Source of the DNA: Longimicrobiales bacterium
GTDB taxonomy: Bacteria; Gemmatimonadota; Gemmatimonadetes; Longimicrobiales; Gaopeijiaceae
Reading direction: 5' to 3'
Length of the DNA: 64,000 nucleotides
NCBI GenBank assembly: GCA_963664435.2
Contig: CAXXKM010000001.1
Coordinates: 832,001 to 896,000 of the forward strand
The notes beneath the pieces are model-generated. The model was not told the origin of the DNA and made no database searches. It was given only the letters and a program-made list of their open reading frames with translations. The translations under genes and the position numbers were made by a program. Of this stretch, positions 18,003 through 27,850 are shown piece after piece. Numbering within the stretch: the first letter of the stretch is position 1; each line of letters opens with the position of its first letter.

Positions 18003-18713
18003 CTGGATTCCTTCTTGGCCTCCGGCGACCCGGTGCGTCCGTTCGTGATCTTCGGGCGCACGCATCTGTTCTCGCTGGCCGTGCTCGCCGTGTTCGGCTT
18101 TGTGACCGTCCGCCTCGGGCAATCGGGAAGCGAAGGGACCCGGCGCCGGATCAAGCGGGGCATGAGCGCCGTGCTCCTGATCACCTTCGTGGAAGGACAC
18201 TTCTGGTACGCGTTCCACGGGGCATGGGTGGTGGCGGAGCGCCTCCCGCTGCACATGTGCGGAGCCATGGTCTGGGTCACCATCTACGGGTTGTGGACGG
18301 ACCGGCCGTGGACCCGTCCGCTCATGTACTATCTGGGAATCGCCGGGGCGGTCCAGGGGATCCTCCAGCCCGACAGCCCGTACGCACTGCCCCACGTGCG
18401 CTTCGTGTCGACGATGTTGTCCCACACCACGCTGGTGGTCGCGGGGCTGTGGGTGATCCTGGTGGAGAAGTACATGCCGGATCTTCGCTCGACCCTGCGC
18501 ACCTTCGCGCTGGTCCATGTCTACGCGGCGGTCATCTTCGTCTTCAACCTGCTCGTGGGCTCGAACTACCTGTACATCCTGGAGAAGCCGGCGTCCGCGT
18601 CGCTCATGGACATCTTCCCGGAGTGGCCGTGGTACCTGCTGGTGCTCGAGGGACTCCTCCTCGTCATCGTCGCCGGAATGTACCTGCCGTTCGCGCGCCC
18701 GCGCAGGGCCTGA
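18003..18713 (+). CDS. YwaF/TIGR02206-like integral membrane protein
   Basis: LPLHMC, GSNYLY, SLMD.FPEWPWY motifs and several TM helices. Start uncertain; CTG at 18003 follows GGAGG. Confidence 0.85.
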   Translation: MDSFLASGDPVRPFVIFGRTHLFSLAVLAVFGFVTVRLGQSGSEGTRRRIKRGMSAVLLITFVEGHFWYAFHGAWVVAERLPLHMCGAMVWVTIYGLWTDRPWTRPLMYYLGIAGAVQGILQPDSPYALPHVRFVSTMLSHTTLVVAGLWVILVEKYMPDLRSTLRTFALVHVYAAVIFVFNLLVGSNYLYILEKPASASLMDIFPEWPWYLLVLEGLLLVIVAGMYLPFARPRRA

Positions 18714-18899
18714 GGCCGACTCGGCCCGGGTTCCGCCTCCCACCCTGCGTGGAATCCGGCCGAGCCGGGCCTGCTCTTTCCCTGCCTGTCCGGCAACGCT
18801 AATCTGACTGGTCCCGTCCGGGCTCCCTCTTCCGCTCCCTCGGGAAGCCCGCGCGCAAGGAGGCACATGTTGGATGTTCTTCCCCCCGGGCCCTCCGCA

Positions 18900-19194
18900 G
18901 TCCCTCTCGTGCTGCTCGACAGCGCCAACCTTCTCAACAACACCAGCCTCGCGGTCCTCGGGTTGCCGGTCATTTGCCCCGGCACCAAGCCCGGCGAGCC
19001 AGTCCGACAGAGGCGCCCGCTGGCGGGCACCCATTGCCCCGTACGCTGCGGCCAGGCCGCAGTCGGCGTCGCCTGATGGACACCTTTCCCGCCGTCCCTC
19101 GTATCTGCTCTTCTATCCGCTGATCCTCGAAGGACTCGTAACTCTCGTCGTAGTCGGGATGTACCTGCCGTTCGCGCGCCCGCGCGGCGTGTGA
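18900..19194 (+). pseudogene. Degenerate copy of the 3' part of the ywaF-like gene
   Basis: ATGTACCTGCCGTTCGCGCGCCCGCGC is identical to the end of the upstream gene; NTSLAVLGLPVI resembles HTTLVVAGLWVI; frames are broken. Confidence 0.75.
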
Positions 19195-19236
19195 ACCGCG
19201 GTACACCGGGTTCCATCCTCAACCATGGAGGTCCTG

Positions 19237-20268
19237 ATGAAAGCAGGCACCAGAGAGGGCCGCGCCATCGCTGTCCTCCTGATCCTCGCGGTGCTGCCGT
19301 GCTGGATGCCGGCAGACGTAGCCGCGCAGGAGGACGATCCCGACTATCTGGCAACCTACTCCATCATCGCGCGCGACCCGGGCACCGGCCAACTGGGCAT
19401 GGGGGTTCAGTCCAAGGCCTTCGCGGCCGGCAACCGGGCCATGCACGCGAAAGGTGGTGTGGCGGTCATCGCCCACCAGGCGTCCGCCAACCCCATGTAC
19501 GGTGCCATCGGCGTCGACCTGATCGAGCGCGGCTACAGTCCGCAGGAAGCGCTCGACATGATGGTGGCGAGCGACGAGGGGCGCGACCGGCGCCAGGTGG
19601 CAATCCTCGACATGGAGGGCCGCACGGCGGCCTGGACCGGCACCGGCGCCAGCGACTGGAAGGGCCACCGCTGCGGCATGGACTACTGCGCGCAGGGCAA
19701 CATTCTGGCGGGTCCCGAAGTGGTCGACGCCATGGCGGCTTCCTTCGAGTCGTCCAGCGGTCCGCTGGCGGAGCGGCTCATGGACGCCCTCGACGCCGCT
19801 GAGGCTGCCGGGGGCGATGCACGCGGCAAGCAGTCGGGCGCCATCCTGGTGGTGGTTCCGCACGCGGGGAGCGGTGGGTTCAGCGACCGGGTGGTGGACA
19901 TCCGGGTGGACGACCATCCCCGGCCGCTGGAGGAACTGCGGCGCGTGCTCAACCTCTTCCGGTCCGGCCAGATGGTGCGCAGCGCCAATGCGAGCATGGC
20001 GCAGGGGAACCTGGAGGAGGCCCTGGCCACCGCCGCCGCCGCGCGCGACCAGTCGCCTGAAAACGACAACGCCTGGGTGGCCCTGGCCGCCGTACAGGCG
20101 CGGATGGGACGGGATGCCGACGCGCTCGATTCACTCCGCCGGGCGGTCGAACTGAATCCCGGTCGCATGCGCACCCTGCCCCGGGACCGAAACTTCGAGA
20201 GTCTCCACGAGAGCCCGGACTTCCGGCGGCTGGTTGGCGCCGATGATCCCGGTGCGAGTGCTCGTTGA
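19237..20268 (+). CDS. DUF1028 (Ntn-hydrolase-like) protein with C-terminal TPR
   Basis: ATYSIIARDP, AQGNILAG, AGGDARGKQSG, DIRVDDHPRP. Confidence 0.9.
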   Translation: MKAGTREGRAIAVLLILAVLPCWMPADVAAQEDDPDYLATYSIIARDPGTGQLGMGVQSKAFAAGNRAMHAKGGVAVIAHQASANPMYGAIGVDLIERGYSPQEALDMMVASDEGRDRRQVAILDMEGRTAAWTGTGASDWKGHRCGMDYCAQGNILAGPEVVDAMAASFESSSGPLAERLMDALDAAEAAGGDARGKQSGAILVVVPHAGSGGFSDRVVDIRVDDHPRPLEELRRVLNLFRSGQMVRSANASMAQGNLEEALATAAAARDQSPENDNAWVALAAVQARMGRDADALDSLRRAVELNPGRMRTLPRDRNFESLHESPDFRRLVGADDPGASAR

Positions 20269-20348
20269 TGGATAGTGTAGCGAATAATCATCGTGGGGGT
20301 CTCGCTCGAATCAAGTTTCCCCCAAGTACCATGAGCCCGGAGGTCCTG

Positions 20349-23300
20349 ATGTTCGACTTTTGTCTGCGAGGTCTAAACGCAAACTGGACGGCTGTGCGGG
20401 GAGTTGCGCGAAGTACGCCATTCTTCGTGGCGTGCCTTTTCGCGCTGTTGCCCGGCGCCGCGGTGGCGCAGAACACCGCAACGGTGACCGGTCTGGTCTC
20501 CGACCCGAACAGCCTTACGCCCCTGAGCGGTGTCGAGATCCAGGTCGAGGGTACCGGCATCAATGTGGCCACGAACAACGACGGGAGATTCATTCTCCTG
20601 AACGTCCCGGTCGGGGACGTCGTTATCACGGCTACGCTGATCGGCCGCCGCACCGTGGAGCAGGCGGTGACGGTCACGGCCGACACCCCGACTGAAGTGA
20701 ACTTCCTCCTGGTCGAGACCGCCATCAACCTCGATGAGATCGTGGTTACCGGGACGGCAGGGGAGCAGCAGGCCCGTTCGCTCGGGACCACGGTCGGATC
20801 CCTCCCGGTGGCCGAAACGCAGATGATCGCTCCCCGGGACAACTTCGAGACCATGCTGGGGGGCGCTGTTCCGGGCGTGAACGTGGCCTACGGCGGCGGC
20901 CACGTCGGGGGCGGCAACAACATCCGCATCCGGGGAGCCGGATCCATGGTCCTCTCGGGGCAGCCGCTCATCTACATTGACGGTGTCCGGGTGAACAGCG
21001 GCGGACCGGGAGCCGAGGGATCTCTCGGCGTGGGCACGCAGAGTCCGTCCACGCGACTGAACGACATCAGCCCGGAACTCATCGAGTCCCTCGAGATCAT
21101 CAAGGGTCCGGCGGCGGCTACGCTCTACGGGACGGAGGCGTCGAACGGGGTCATCAACATCATCACCAAGCGAGGCGCCCGGGGAGCCCCCGTATTCACT
21201 CTGACGACGAAGGTCGGGCAGAACTGGTATCGGGATCCCAAGGAGCATTGGCCGGGGAGCTTCTACACCTGCACTGGCCGCGGGACGGATCCGTGCACTC
21301 CCGGCGAGATCGTGGAGGTGAACGTCTTCAAGCGCGACTACGAGGTCCTCGGCATGGAGCACTTCCAGGTCGGCATGCCCATGGGAAGCGTTGGTACCGT
21401 CTCGGGAGGCACCGACGCGGTCCGGTATCACTTCACGCTGGGCTGGGACTTTGATGAAGGACCCGTCCCGAACAATACCAACAACAGGTTGGACGCGCGC
21501 GCGAACCTCAACTGGCTGCCCCGCGACGACCTGACGGTGGACTTCGGCTTCGGGGGGATTCGCTCCGAGCTGCACACCACGACGGGGCGCCAGCCCGCGC
21601 GTGTCACCGGGTTCCACTGGTCGTGCCCCGGCGGCGGTTGCGAGATCGGTACCGGGACGCCCAACGCCCTTGATGGTGCTTTCCGCGGCTATATCGCGTA
21701 TCTGCCGGACCTGTACGACGAGTTGCTCGATTCCGGTCAGAAGGTCTATCGCAACATCTATACGCTTTCGGCCACGCATCGCCCGTTCGAATGGCTCACC
21801 CACCGGTTGGTCGTGGGACTGGACCAGGCGGAGACCAACGGTTTCCGGCTCAACCGCCACTCGTCGGGGCGGGTTGGCATCAGCGGCCGTCAGGGCGACA
21901 AGAGACTCGAGTTTCGCAACACGGACAACTACAGCTTCGACTACTCCGGCACGTTGACCTACGAGCCTTTTGCCGGGCTCTCGCTGGCGACATCGTCCGG
22001 CGCCCAGTACTACGAGCGGTCCTCGGAGTGGCTCGCGGGGCGTGGCTCACGTTTTGCGGTTCCCAGTCTGGAGACGATCTCCGCCGGAGAAGTCCGAGAG
22101 ACATCCGACGGGTTTTCAAGCAACAAGACCGTCGGGGTGTATGTCCAGGAACAAGCCTCCTGGCAGAACCGGATCTTCCTGACCGGTGCTCTCCGGGGAG
22201 ACGACAACTCGGCCTTCGGGGCGGACTACGACTTCGTGGTCTATCCCAAGCTGAGCGCAAGCTGGGTGGTCTCGGAGGAGGCCGCGCTGGAGGGGTTGGA
22301 CTGGCTCAACTCGCTGCGGCTCCGGGCAGCCTGGGGGAAAGCCGGACAGCAGCCCGATCAGTTCGCTGCGGTGAGGCTCTATAACCCGGAGCCGGGATTC
22401 CAGGGCGCGGGCGGCGTGACTCCCGCGACGATCGGAAACTCCGACGTGCAACCCGAGGTTGGCGTGGAGACCGAGATCGGCTTCGATGCCGGGTTCTTCA
22501 ACGACCGGGTCGGCCTCGAGTTCACCTACTACGACCAGAGGCGGACGGACGCCCTGATCAGCGTTCCGGTGAAGCCTTCGACCGGCTTCCCCGGCTCCCA
22601 GCTGAGGAATATCGGAGAGATTCAGAACGAAGGAATCGAGCTGGGCCTCAATGTGGATGCATACCAGGGTTCGATGCTGGGGGTCGAGTTCGGCCTGGCG
22701 GTCCACATGAACAGGAACGAGGTGCTCGATCTGGGCGGACTGGCACCGATTCCGGTGTTCGGACGAAACTTCACCACCGGGTGGACGGGCCAGCGCCACG
22801 CAGTGGGCTTCCCGCTCGGGTCAATTTTCCTGCCCGTGGTGGTGTCGTCCGACATCGTGGGCACGGGCTTGCAGGCACGCGCGACAAACGTGATGTGCGA
22901 GAGCGGTCCGATCGCAGCTCCGGGCACCCGAATCACCCGGGGAGGAGGTCCTCCCGTGCCGTGCACGAGCGGAGAGACCGCTCCCGAGGTCTACCGAGGC
23001 TCGACTGTTCCAACACGCGAACTGGCTTTCAACGCGACCGTTTCGGTACAGGACAACACTCGCTTCTACGTCGACCTGCAATACGTCGGCGGGCACACCA
23101 TGGTGGACGGGATCACGGCCGGCTCCCACCTGTTCTTCCGGAACACGAAGGCGATCAACGAGAAAACCGACCCGATCTTCCTCGGCTACGACGAAATCGG
23201 CGAAGTCAACCCGTCGGGGATCTTCGACGCCTCCCAACTCACGATGCGCAGCGTGTCGCTGAGCCACACCTTCTCGGGTGAGATGGCCGCGAGACTCGGT

Positions 23301-23507
23301 GCCTCCCGGCTCAACCTGACGCTCTCGGGTCAGAACCTGTGGAGGGTCTGGAGAGCGCAGGGTGAGGCCTTCGGGCACCCCATCGTCGATTCGGAGATTC
23401 GGGATACTGGTGCAAGGAGCACCGACCCCGGAGGGATTTCGGCCTATACGCAGGACGGTTTCCCGATGTTCAAGCGTTTCCTGGCGACCGTGCGGGTGAC
23501 CTGGTGA
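20349..23507 (+). CDS. SusC/RagA-family TonB-dependent receptor
   Basis: Plug IESLEIIKGPAAATLYGTEASNGVINIITKRG; LRGDDNSAFG; C-terminal W. Confidence 0.95.
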   Translation: MFDFCLRGLNANWTAVRGVARSTPFFVACLFALLPGAAVAQNTATVTGLVSDPNSLTPLSGVEIQVEGTGINVATNNDGRFILLNVPVGDVVITATLIGRRTVEQAVTVTADTPTEVNFLLVETAINLDEIVVTGTAGEQQARSLGTTVGSLPVAETQMIAPRDNFETMLGGAVPGVNVAYGGGHVGGGNNIRIRGAGSMVLSGQPLIYIDGVRVNSGGPGAEGSLGVGTQSPSTRLNDISPELIESLEIIKGPAAATLYGTEASNGVINIITKRGARGAPVFTLTTKVGQNWYRDPKEHWPGSFYTCTGRGTDPCTPGEIVEVNVFKRDYEVLGMEHFQVGMPMGSVGTVSGGTDAVRYHFTLGWDFDEGPVPNNTNNRLDARANLNWLPRDDLTVDFGFGGIRSELHTTTGRQPARVTGFHWSCPGGGCEIGTGTPNALDGAFRGYIAYLPDLYDELLDSGQKVYRNIYTLSATHRPFEWLTHRLVVGLDQAETNGFRLNRHSSGRVGISGRQGDKRLEFRNTDNYSFDYSGTLTYEPFAGLSLATSSGAQYYERSSEWLAGRGSRFAVPSLETISAGEVRETSDGFSSNKTVGVYVQEQASWQNRIFLTGALRGDDNSAFGADYDFVVYPKLSASWVVSEEAALEGLDWLNSLRLRAAWGKAGQQPDQFAAVRLYNPEPGFQGAGGVTPATIGNSDVQPEVGVETEIGFDAGFFNDRVGLEFTYYDQRRTDALISVPVKPSTGFPGSQLRNIGEIQNEGIELGLNVDAYQGSMLGVEFGLAVHMNRNEVLDLGGLAPIPVFGRNFTTGWTGQRHAVGFPLGSIFLPVVVSSDIVGTGLQARATNVMCESGPIAAPGTRITRGGGPPVPCTSGETAPEVYRGSTVPTRELAFNATVSVQDNTRFYVDLQYVGGHTMVDGITAGSHLFFRNTKAINEKTDPIFLGYDEIGEVNPSGIFDASQLTMRSVSLSHTFSGEMAARLGASRLNLTLSGQNLWRVWRAQGEAFGHPIVDSEIRDTGARSTDPGGISAYTQDGFPMFKRFLATVRVTW

Positions 23508-23575
23508 TGGGCGCGCGGATGGAGGGATCCGGAAACGGATTGTTGATTCCAGACGAAACCACAGAGGGACCTGTC

Positions 23576-24907
23576 ATGAATAGATTGATCGAGATGGTGC
23601 CGTGGTCGTGGAGGCTGCGCGGCGTTGTGGCGCTTTTTGTGGCCCTTGGGCTGGCGGGGTGCGACACTGCCGACCTCCTCGAAGTGGATCTTCCGGGTAA
23701 TGTCACGGCCGAGGACATCGAGGATCCCGGCTTGGCGGGGACCCTGCGGGTATCCGCCATCGGCGACTTCGAGTGGGCGTGGGATGAGTACGTGGATTTC
23801 GCAGCCAAACACTCGGACGAGTACATTCAGTCATCAGGGAACTTCACCGGAAGGCGGCTGCAGCTCCGCGACATTCCGGCGAATCTCCCACAGTATCAGG
23901 ACAATATCTTTGGCCGGCTCCATCGGGCGAGGGTCATGCTCGAGAGCCATTTTGACCGTCTTCAGACCTTTTCCGACGCCGATGTCCCGAACCGGACCCA
24001 ATACCTGGCCGAGATGCGGACGTACGGGGGCTTCATCTACGTGGTCTTCGGCGAGGGCTTCTGCGGAACGCCGCTCAACGGAGACGGGGTGGTCCGGACA
24101 CCGGAACAGCTCCTGGAGATCGCCGTGGAGCAGTTCTCGGAGGCCCTGAGTATCGCGGGGTCGCTGGGGACGGGCCGGGGTCAGGCACTGGTGCAGGCGG
24201 CACGTATTGGCCGCGCCCGGGCGTATCTCGACCTGCAGCAGTACTCCAGCGCCATCGCCGACGCGCAGTCGATAGTGGACGATCCCGCTCTTGATTTCTA
24301 CGCGACCCGGGAGTATGGCGAAAACCGGCGCGAGAACTCGATGGCGAACACGAACGAACTCGATACCAACCAGCAGTCGACGGTAGCCCCGAGCTACCGC
24401 AACGTACAATGGAAGGGCATGCCCGACCCCCGGGTGACGGTCATGGAAACCGGACTTATCGGCCACGACAACGCGACGATCGTCTGGCGCCACAACAAGA
24501 CGCCCGAGAGTTTTGTCGCGGGCGCGGCTCAGGACGTCATCATTGCCTCGTCGCGTGAGGCGCGCATGATCATTGCCGAGGCCTCGGCAATCACAGGAGA
24601 CCTGGCCACGGCGATCAGTATTCTCGACGGCTTCCACACCGCTGCCGGAATTCCGCCGGTGACCGCTGAAGACCTGCCCACCCAGGACGATGTCATTCGG
24701 CAAGTGATCGAAGAGCGCCGGCGAGAGTTTTTCGTTGAAGGCGGTCATCGCCAGAGAGACCATCTGCGCTGGCGGGGTACGCAGTTCAATATCCCATACC
24801 TCGGTGAACCCGGCTCCGATCACCCGGACGGGGTCGACCAGTATGGTCAGGTGTACGGCACGACCACTTGTTTCCCAATCGCTCAGAACGAGCAGGTAGG
24901 AAGCTGA
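23576..24907 (+). CDS. SusD/RagB-family lipoprotein
   Basis: Lipobox LAGC; EARMIIAEA; ERRREFFVEGGHR; directly follows susC. Confidence 0.92.
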   Translation: MNRLIEMVPWSWRLRGVVALFVALGLAGCDTADLLEVDLPGNVTAEDIEDPGLAGTLRVSAIGDFEWAWDEYVDFAAKHSDEYIQSSGNFTGRRLQLRDIPANLPQYQDNIFGRLHRARVMLESHFDRLQTFSDADVPNRTQYLAEMRTYGGFIYVVFGEGFCGTPLNGDGVVRTPEQLLEIAVEQFSEALSIAGSLGTGRGQALVQAARIGRARAYLDLQQYSSAIADAQSIVDDPALDFYATREYGENRRENSMANTNELDTNQQSTVAPSYRNVQWKGMPDPRVTVMETGLIGHDNATIVWRHNKTPESFVAGAAQDVIIASSREARMIIAEASAITGDLATAISILDGFHTAAGIPPVTAEDLPTQDDVIRQVIEERRREFFVEGGHRQRDHLRWRGTQFNIPYLGEPGSDHPDGVDQYGQVYGTTTCFPIAQNEQVGS

Positions 24908-24915
24908 TCTGACAT

Positions 24916-24968
24916 CCTGCGGAAGCCGATTCGGCTCTCCCTCGCGGGGGGCCGGAGGCTTCCGCAGG
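24916..24968. terminator. Hairpin after susD, between convergent genes
   Basis: CCTGCGGAAGCC...GGCTTCCGCAGG 12-bp stem. Confidence 0.6.
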
Positions 24969-25038
24969 GTGCGGAGGCCGGTACCAGCCTGGCAGGCGAG
25001 AGTTCGGGTCCATCGTGCGGCCCCGGGCTCTCCGCCGT

Positions 25039-25803
25039 CTATCCGCCCCGGTTCATCGTTTCAACGAGGATGACGCCCGCTGCGGCACCCGGGTACCGCG
25101 ATGTCGATGCGGGTCCGCGCAGCACCCGGATCCGCGTCACGGACGTGGCGGGTATCTGCTCGAGGGTCAACATCGCCCGATCCTGTCCGCCGGCGTCGAT
25201 TCGGACGCCGTCCAGGAAGATCTGCGGTTCCTCGCTGAGGAGGAACGAGTTCACGCCCCGAAGCCGAATCCTCACTCCGGTCCCGACTCCACCCTGCGGC
25301 TGCTGGGCCGCGACGCCCGGCACGCCGGTCAGCAGAAGGTCGGCGGCGGTTCGTGACCTCGCACCCGTCCCTGTTACGCGCGCTTCCGAGTGTCCGCGCC
25401 CACGATCGTCGACTCGCGGCACTTCCACCAGGAGCTGATCGAGCACGACCGAGACACGATGGACATGAAAGTGGATCAGCGACTCCTCCATGGGAGCGAT
25501 TTCCACCGTTTCGACCAGGGTGCTGAATCCGTCCCCTTCGACGCGCACCACCACCTCCCCGGCGGGTACGTTGAGGAGCCGAAACCACCCGTCGGCGTCC
25601 GTACGAGTGCGGTGGTGGATGAATTCCGGGAGCGCCACAAGGGCATCGGACACCGGCTCAAGGCCCTCCTGATCCAGCACCAGGCCCATGACCGAGCCGG
25701 TGTCCTGAAGCCCGGCTGCGCCCTGGGCAGGCGTAAGAAAAGCCACCAGCGCAAACACGCCGGAGGAGACTCGTCGCGCGGCTTGGAGTGGACGCGTTAC
25801 CAC
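25039..25803 (-). CDS. Carboxypeptidase-like plus plug-domain protein, no barrel (paralog of 2176..2889)
   Basis: TDADGWFRLLNVP, RTAADLL, IRLRG, PQIFLDGVRI, IRVLRGPAS...GVILVET. Start approximate. Confidence 0.8.
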   Translation of the reverse strand: MVTRPLQAARRVSSGVFALVAFLTPAQGAAGLQDTGSVMGLVLDQEGLEPVSDALVALPEFIHHRTRTDADGWFRLLNVPAGEVVVRVEGDGFSTLVETVEIAPMEESLIHFHVHRVSVVLDQLLVEVPRVDDRGRGHSEARVTGTGARSRTAADLLLTGVPGVAAQQPQGGVGTGVRIRLRGVNSFLLSEEPQIFLDGVRIDAGGQDRAMLTLEQIPATSVTRIRVLRGPASTSRYPGAAAGVILVETMNRGG

Positions 25804-25891
25804 TGGCACTCTTTCCAACCGGTGTTCCTTCCCTCTGGACACTTCCTCTACCGGTACCCACTCAAGACGAAAAGCTTCCGCATCCGGCCCC

Positions 25892-26578
25892 TCAATACCC
25901 CACCCCGATCGCCCCGCACAGCCACCGCTGGAAAGGCGCGGCGGCGCGGCACAGTCGGGTGAACTCATCGAGGAATCCCTCGGACCAGACGTCGTCCTCA
26001 GTGAGGTGCGCGACTCCGATGAAGTCCTTGCGCCGAAGATCGACGATGAGCGGATGGTCGACGCTGAAGCCCCTGGGCGCGCGGACGAGGGAATCGCCCG
26101 ACAGCTCGAACGACGCCCGAAAGCCTTTGTCCCGCGAGGCCTCCAGCCACGCATCCGGGTCATCGTCGATGGCTTCCCGGATCTTCCGCAGCGCGGGGCC
26201 GCCGGGGCGCCAGCTGCCGCAGCCCACGAAGACGCTGCCCGGCTCCAGGTGCAGATAGAAGCCGGGCGCGTGCGCGTCCCTTCCGGCCTCGTGGCGGAAC
26301 TGGATGCCCGTGTATGTCTTGTAGGGGCTCTTGTCCCTGGAGAAGCGCGTGTCCCGGTAGATGCGGAACAGGGATCCGCCGTTGGCCCTGGGATCCGCGC
26401 GAAAACGGGCGCTGATGCGCGCGAGGTGGGGGCCGAAATCCGAGATGAACCGGAGGGCCGGCGCCTTCACATCTCCCTCGTAGCGCGGCTTGTTCAACGC
26501 GAACCACTCGCGGTTGTTGTTTGCGGCGAGCTCAGTGAGGAATTCGAAGGTGGCCTGGGTGAAGTGGGCGCGGTCCAT
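25892..26578 (-). CDS. DUF2461 / TIGR02453 family protein
   Basis: NNNREWF, FRIYRDTRFSRDKSPYK. Confidence 0.93.
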   Translation of the reverse strand: MDRAHFTQATFEFLTELAANNNREWFALNKPRYEGDVKAPALRFISDFGPHLARISARFRADPRANGGSLFRIYRDTRFSRDKSPYKTYTGIQFRHEAGRDAHAPGFYLHLEPGSVFVGCGSWRPGGPALRKIREAIDDDPDAWLEASRDKGFRASFELSGDSLVRAPRGFSVDHPLIVDLRRKDFIGVAHLTEDDVWSEGFLDEFTRLCRAAAPFQRWLCGAIGVGY

Positions 26579-26657
26579 GGGCGTGTAGGAGTTGGAGGGT
26601 GATCGATGCGGGCGCCTAAGCTAACACCGTGGACCGGGGTGTCGGGTCAGTGCGCCG

Positions 26658-27542
26658 TCAGGCCCGGCAACCGGAGTGGGTGTCCCAGTAGGCGCCCATC
26701 CGTGCGATGAAGCGGCCCGGCCTCTCCGCGTAGACCAGCCCGCCGACCGACGTGGCGCGTGCCTCCAGTTCGCGCGACCGACGTTCCGTCGACGCCAGCA
26801 CCGATTCACGTTCGCGGCCGCCTCCGGCGAGTCCGGGCGACCTTGAAAGCAGGGCGCGCAGCTCGTGCAGATCATGATGATCTCCGAGCAGATCCCCGAG
26901 CCGCCGGGCCGTCGCAGCCGCCCCCGTCATGACATCGGGCCACAGAGGGACCAGCAGCTCCAGATGGTGGCGGTGGTACTTGACGTCCTTCCTCCACTCA
27001 TGCAGTTCCGTCGCGGACGAACCCCGCAGCGCCCGCCGGAAGCCCCGTCGTCCCCTTCGGTAGGTGGCGTGCATGCCGGACTCGAAGACCTCGAACCCCT
27101 CCCCGGCGAGGGGCCACTCCGCGACTCGCTCCCCGGCATCCTCCAGATCGGCCACCAGCACCGCCAGGGAATGGGTGCCCTCGAACTGGAGCCCGCGTCG
27201 AGCTTCGTAGCGGGCCTCCAGTTCCCGGCGCAGGGCGGCATCTTCGGGGTCCCCCAGCCGGTCCAGCGTCTCCAGGCTCGCCTGAGCCTCGCGCACACCC
27301 GCCAGCTGCCGGGCGGCGTCCCGATACCAGCGGTTCTCCCGGCGGAAGGCCGGCCCGAGCCGGGGCGCCGCGAGCCGAAGCAGCGCGCGAATGGCCTTGA
27401 AGCGCTTGCGCGCGTCGTGAACGCCTTTGGACCGTCCCTCGCGGGCTCCCTGGAGCGACTCGATGGCGCGGTCCACGGCCTCCCGCGCGACACGGCGGAC
27501 TTCATCGGAAACGTCGCGGCCCGGTCTGATCTCGAACGCCAT
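26658..27542 (-). CDS. CHAD-domain protein
   Basis: VHDARKRFK.IRALLRL, LHEWRKDVK, LGDLLGDHHDL. Confidence 0.9.
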   Translation of the reverse strand: MAFEIRPGRDVSDEVRRVAREAVDRAIESLQGAREGRSKGVHDARKRFKAIRALLRLAAPRLGPAFRRENRWYRDAARQLAGVREAQASLETLDRLGDPEDAALRRELEARYEARRGLQFEGTHSLAVLVADLEDAGERVAEWPLAGEGFEVFESGMHATYRRGRRGFRRALRGSSATELHEWRKDVKYHRHHLELLVPLWPDVMTGAAATARRLGDLLGDHHDLHELRALLSRSPGLAGGGRERESVLASTERRSRELEARATSVGGLVYAERPGRFIARMGAYWDTHSGCRA

Positions 27543-27850
27543 GCGAATCCTGCTGTTCCTGGGCAACTCCCACAGAAGGAGAATGCGGATGAGGTGCCGG
27601 ATCGGACAACAGTCCGGGCTTCGGAGGCCGCTGACGGAAAGCTTCACGGCACCTTGGCCTGCACGCTCGTGGAACCCCGTCGCCGCATGTCTGCGGATGC
27701 GCGCGGCGACAGGCTCGCGAGCCCGGTCGCAGGGCCTCCACATCCGTCGTTGACACACCTTCCGGGGGTCGGCAGATTCGACATTAAGAACCCCGTCCCG
27801 GCACGTACGGACGGGCTCCCTCCGCGCCTTCCCAGACGAGAGACCTGTCG

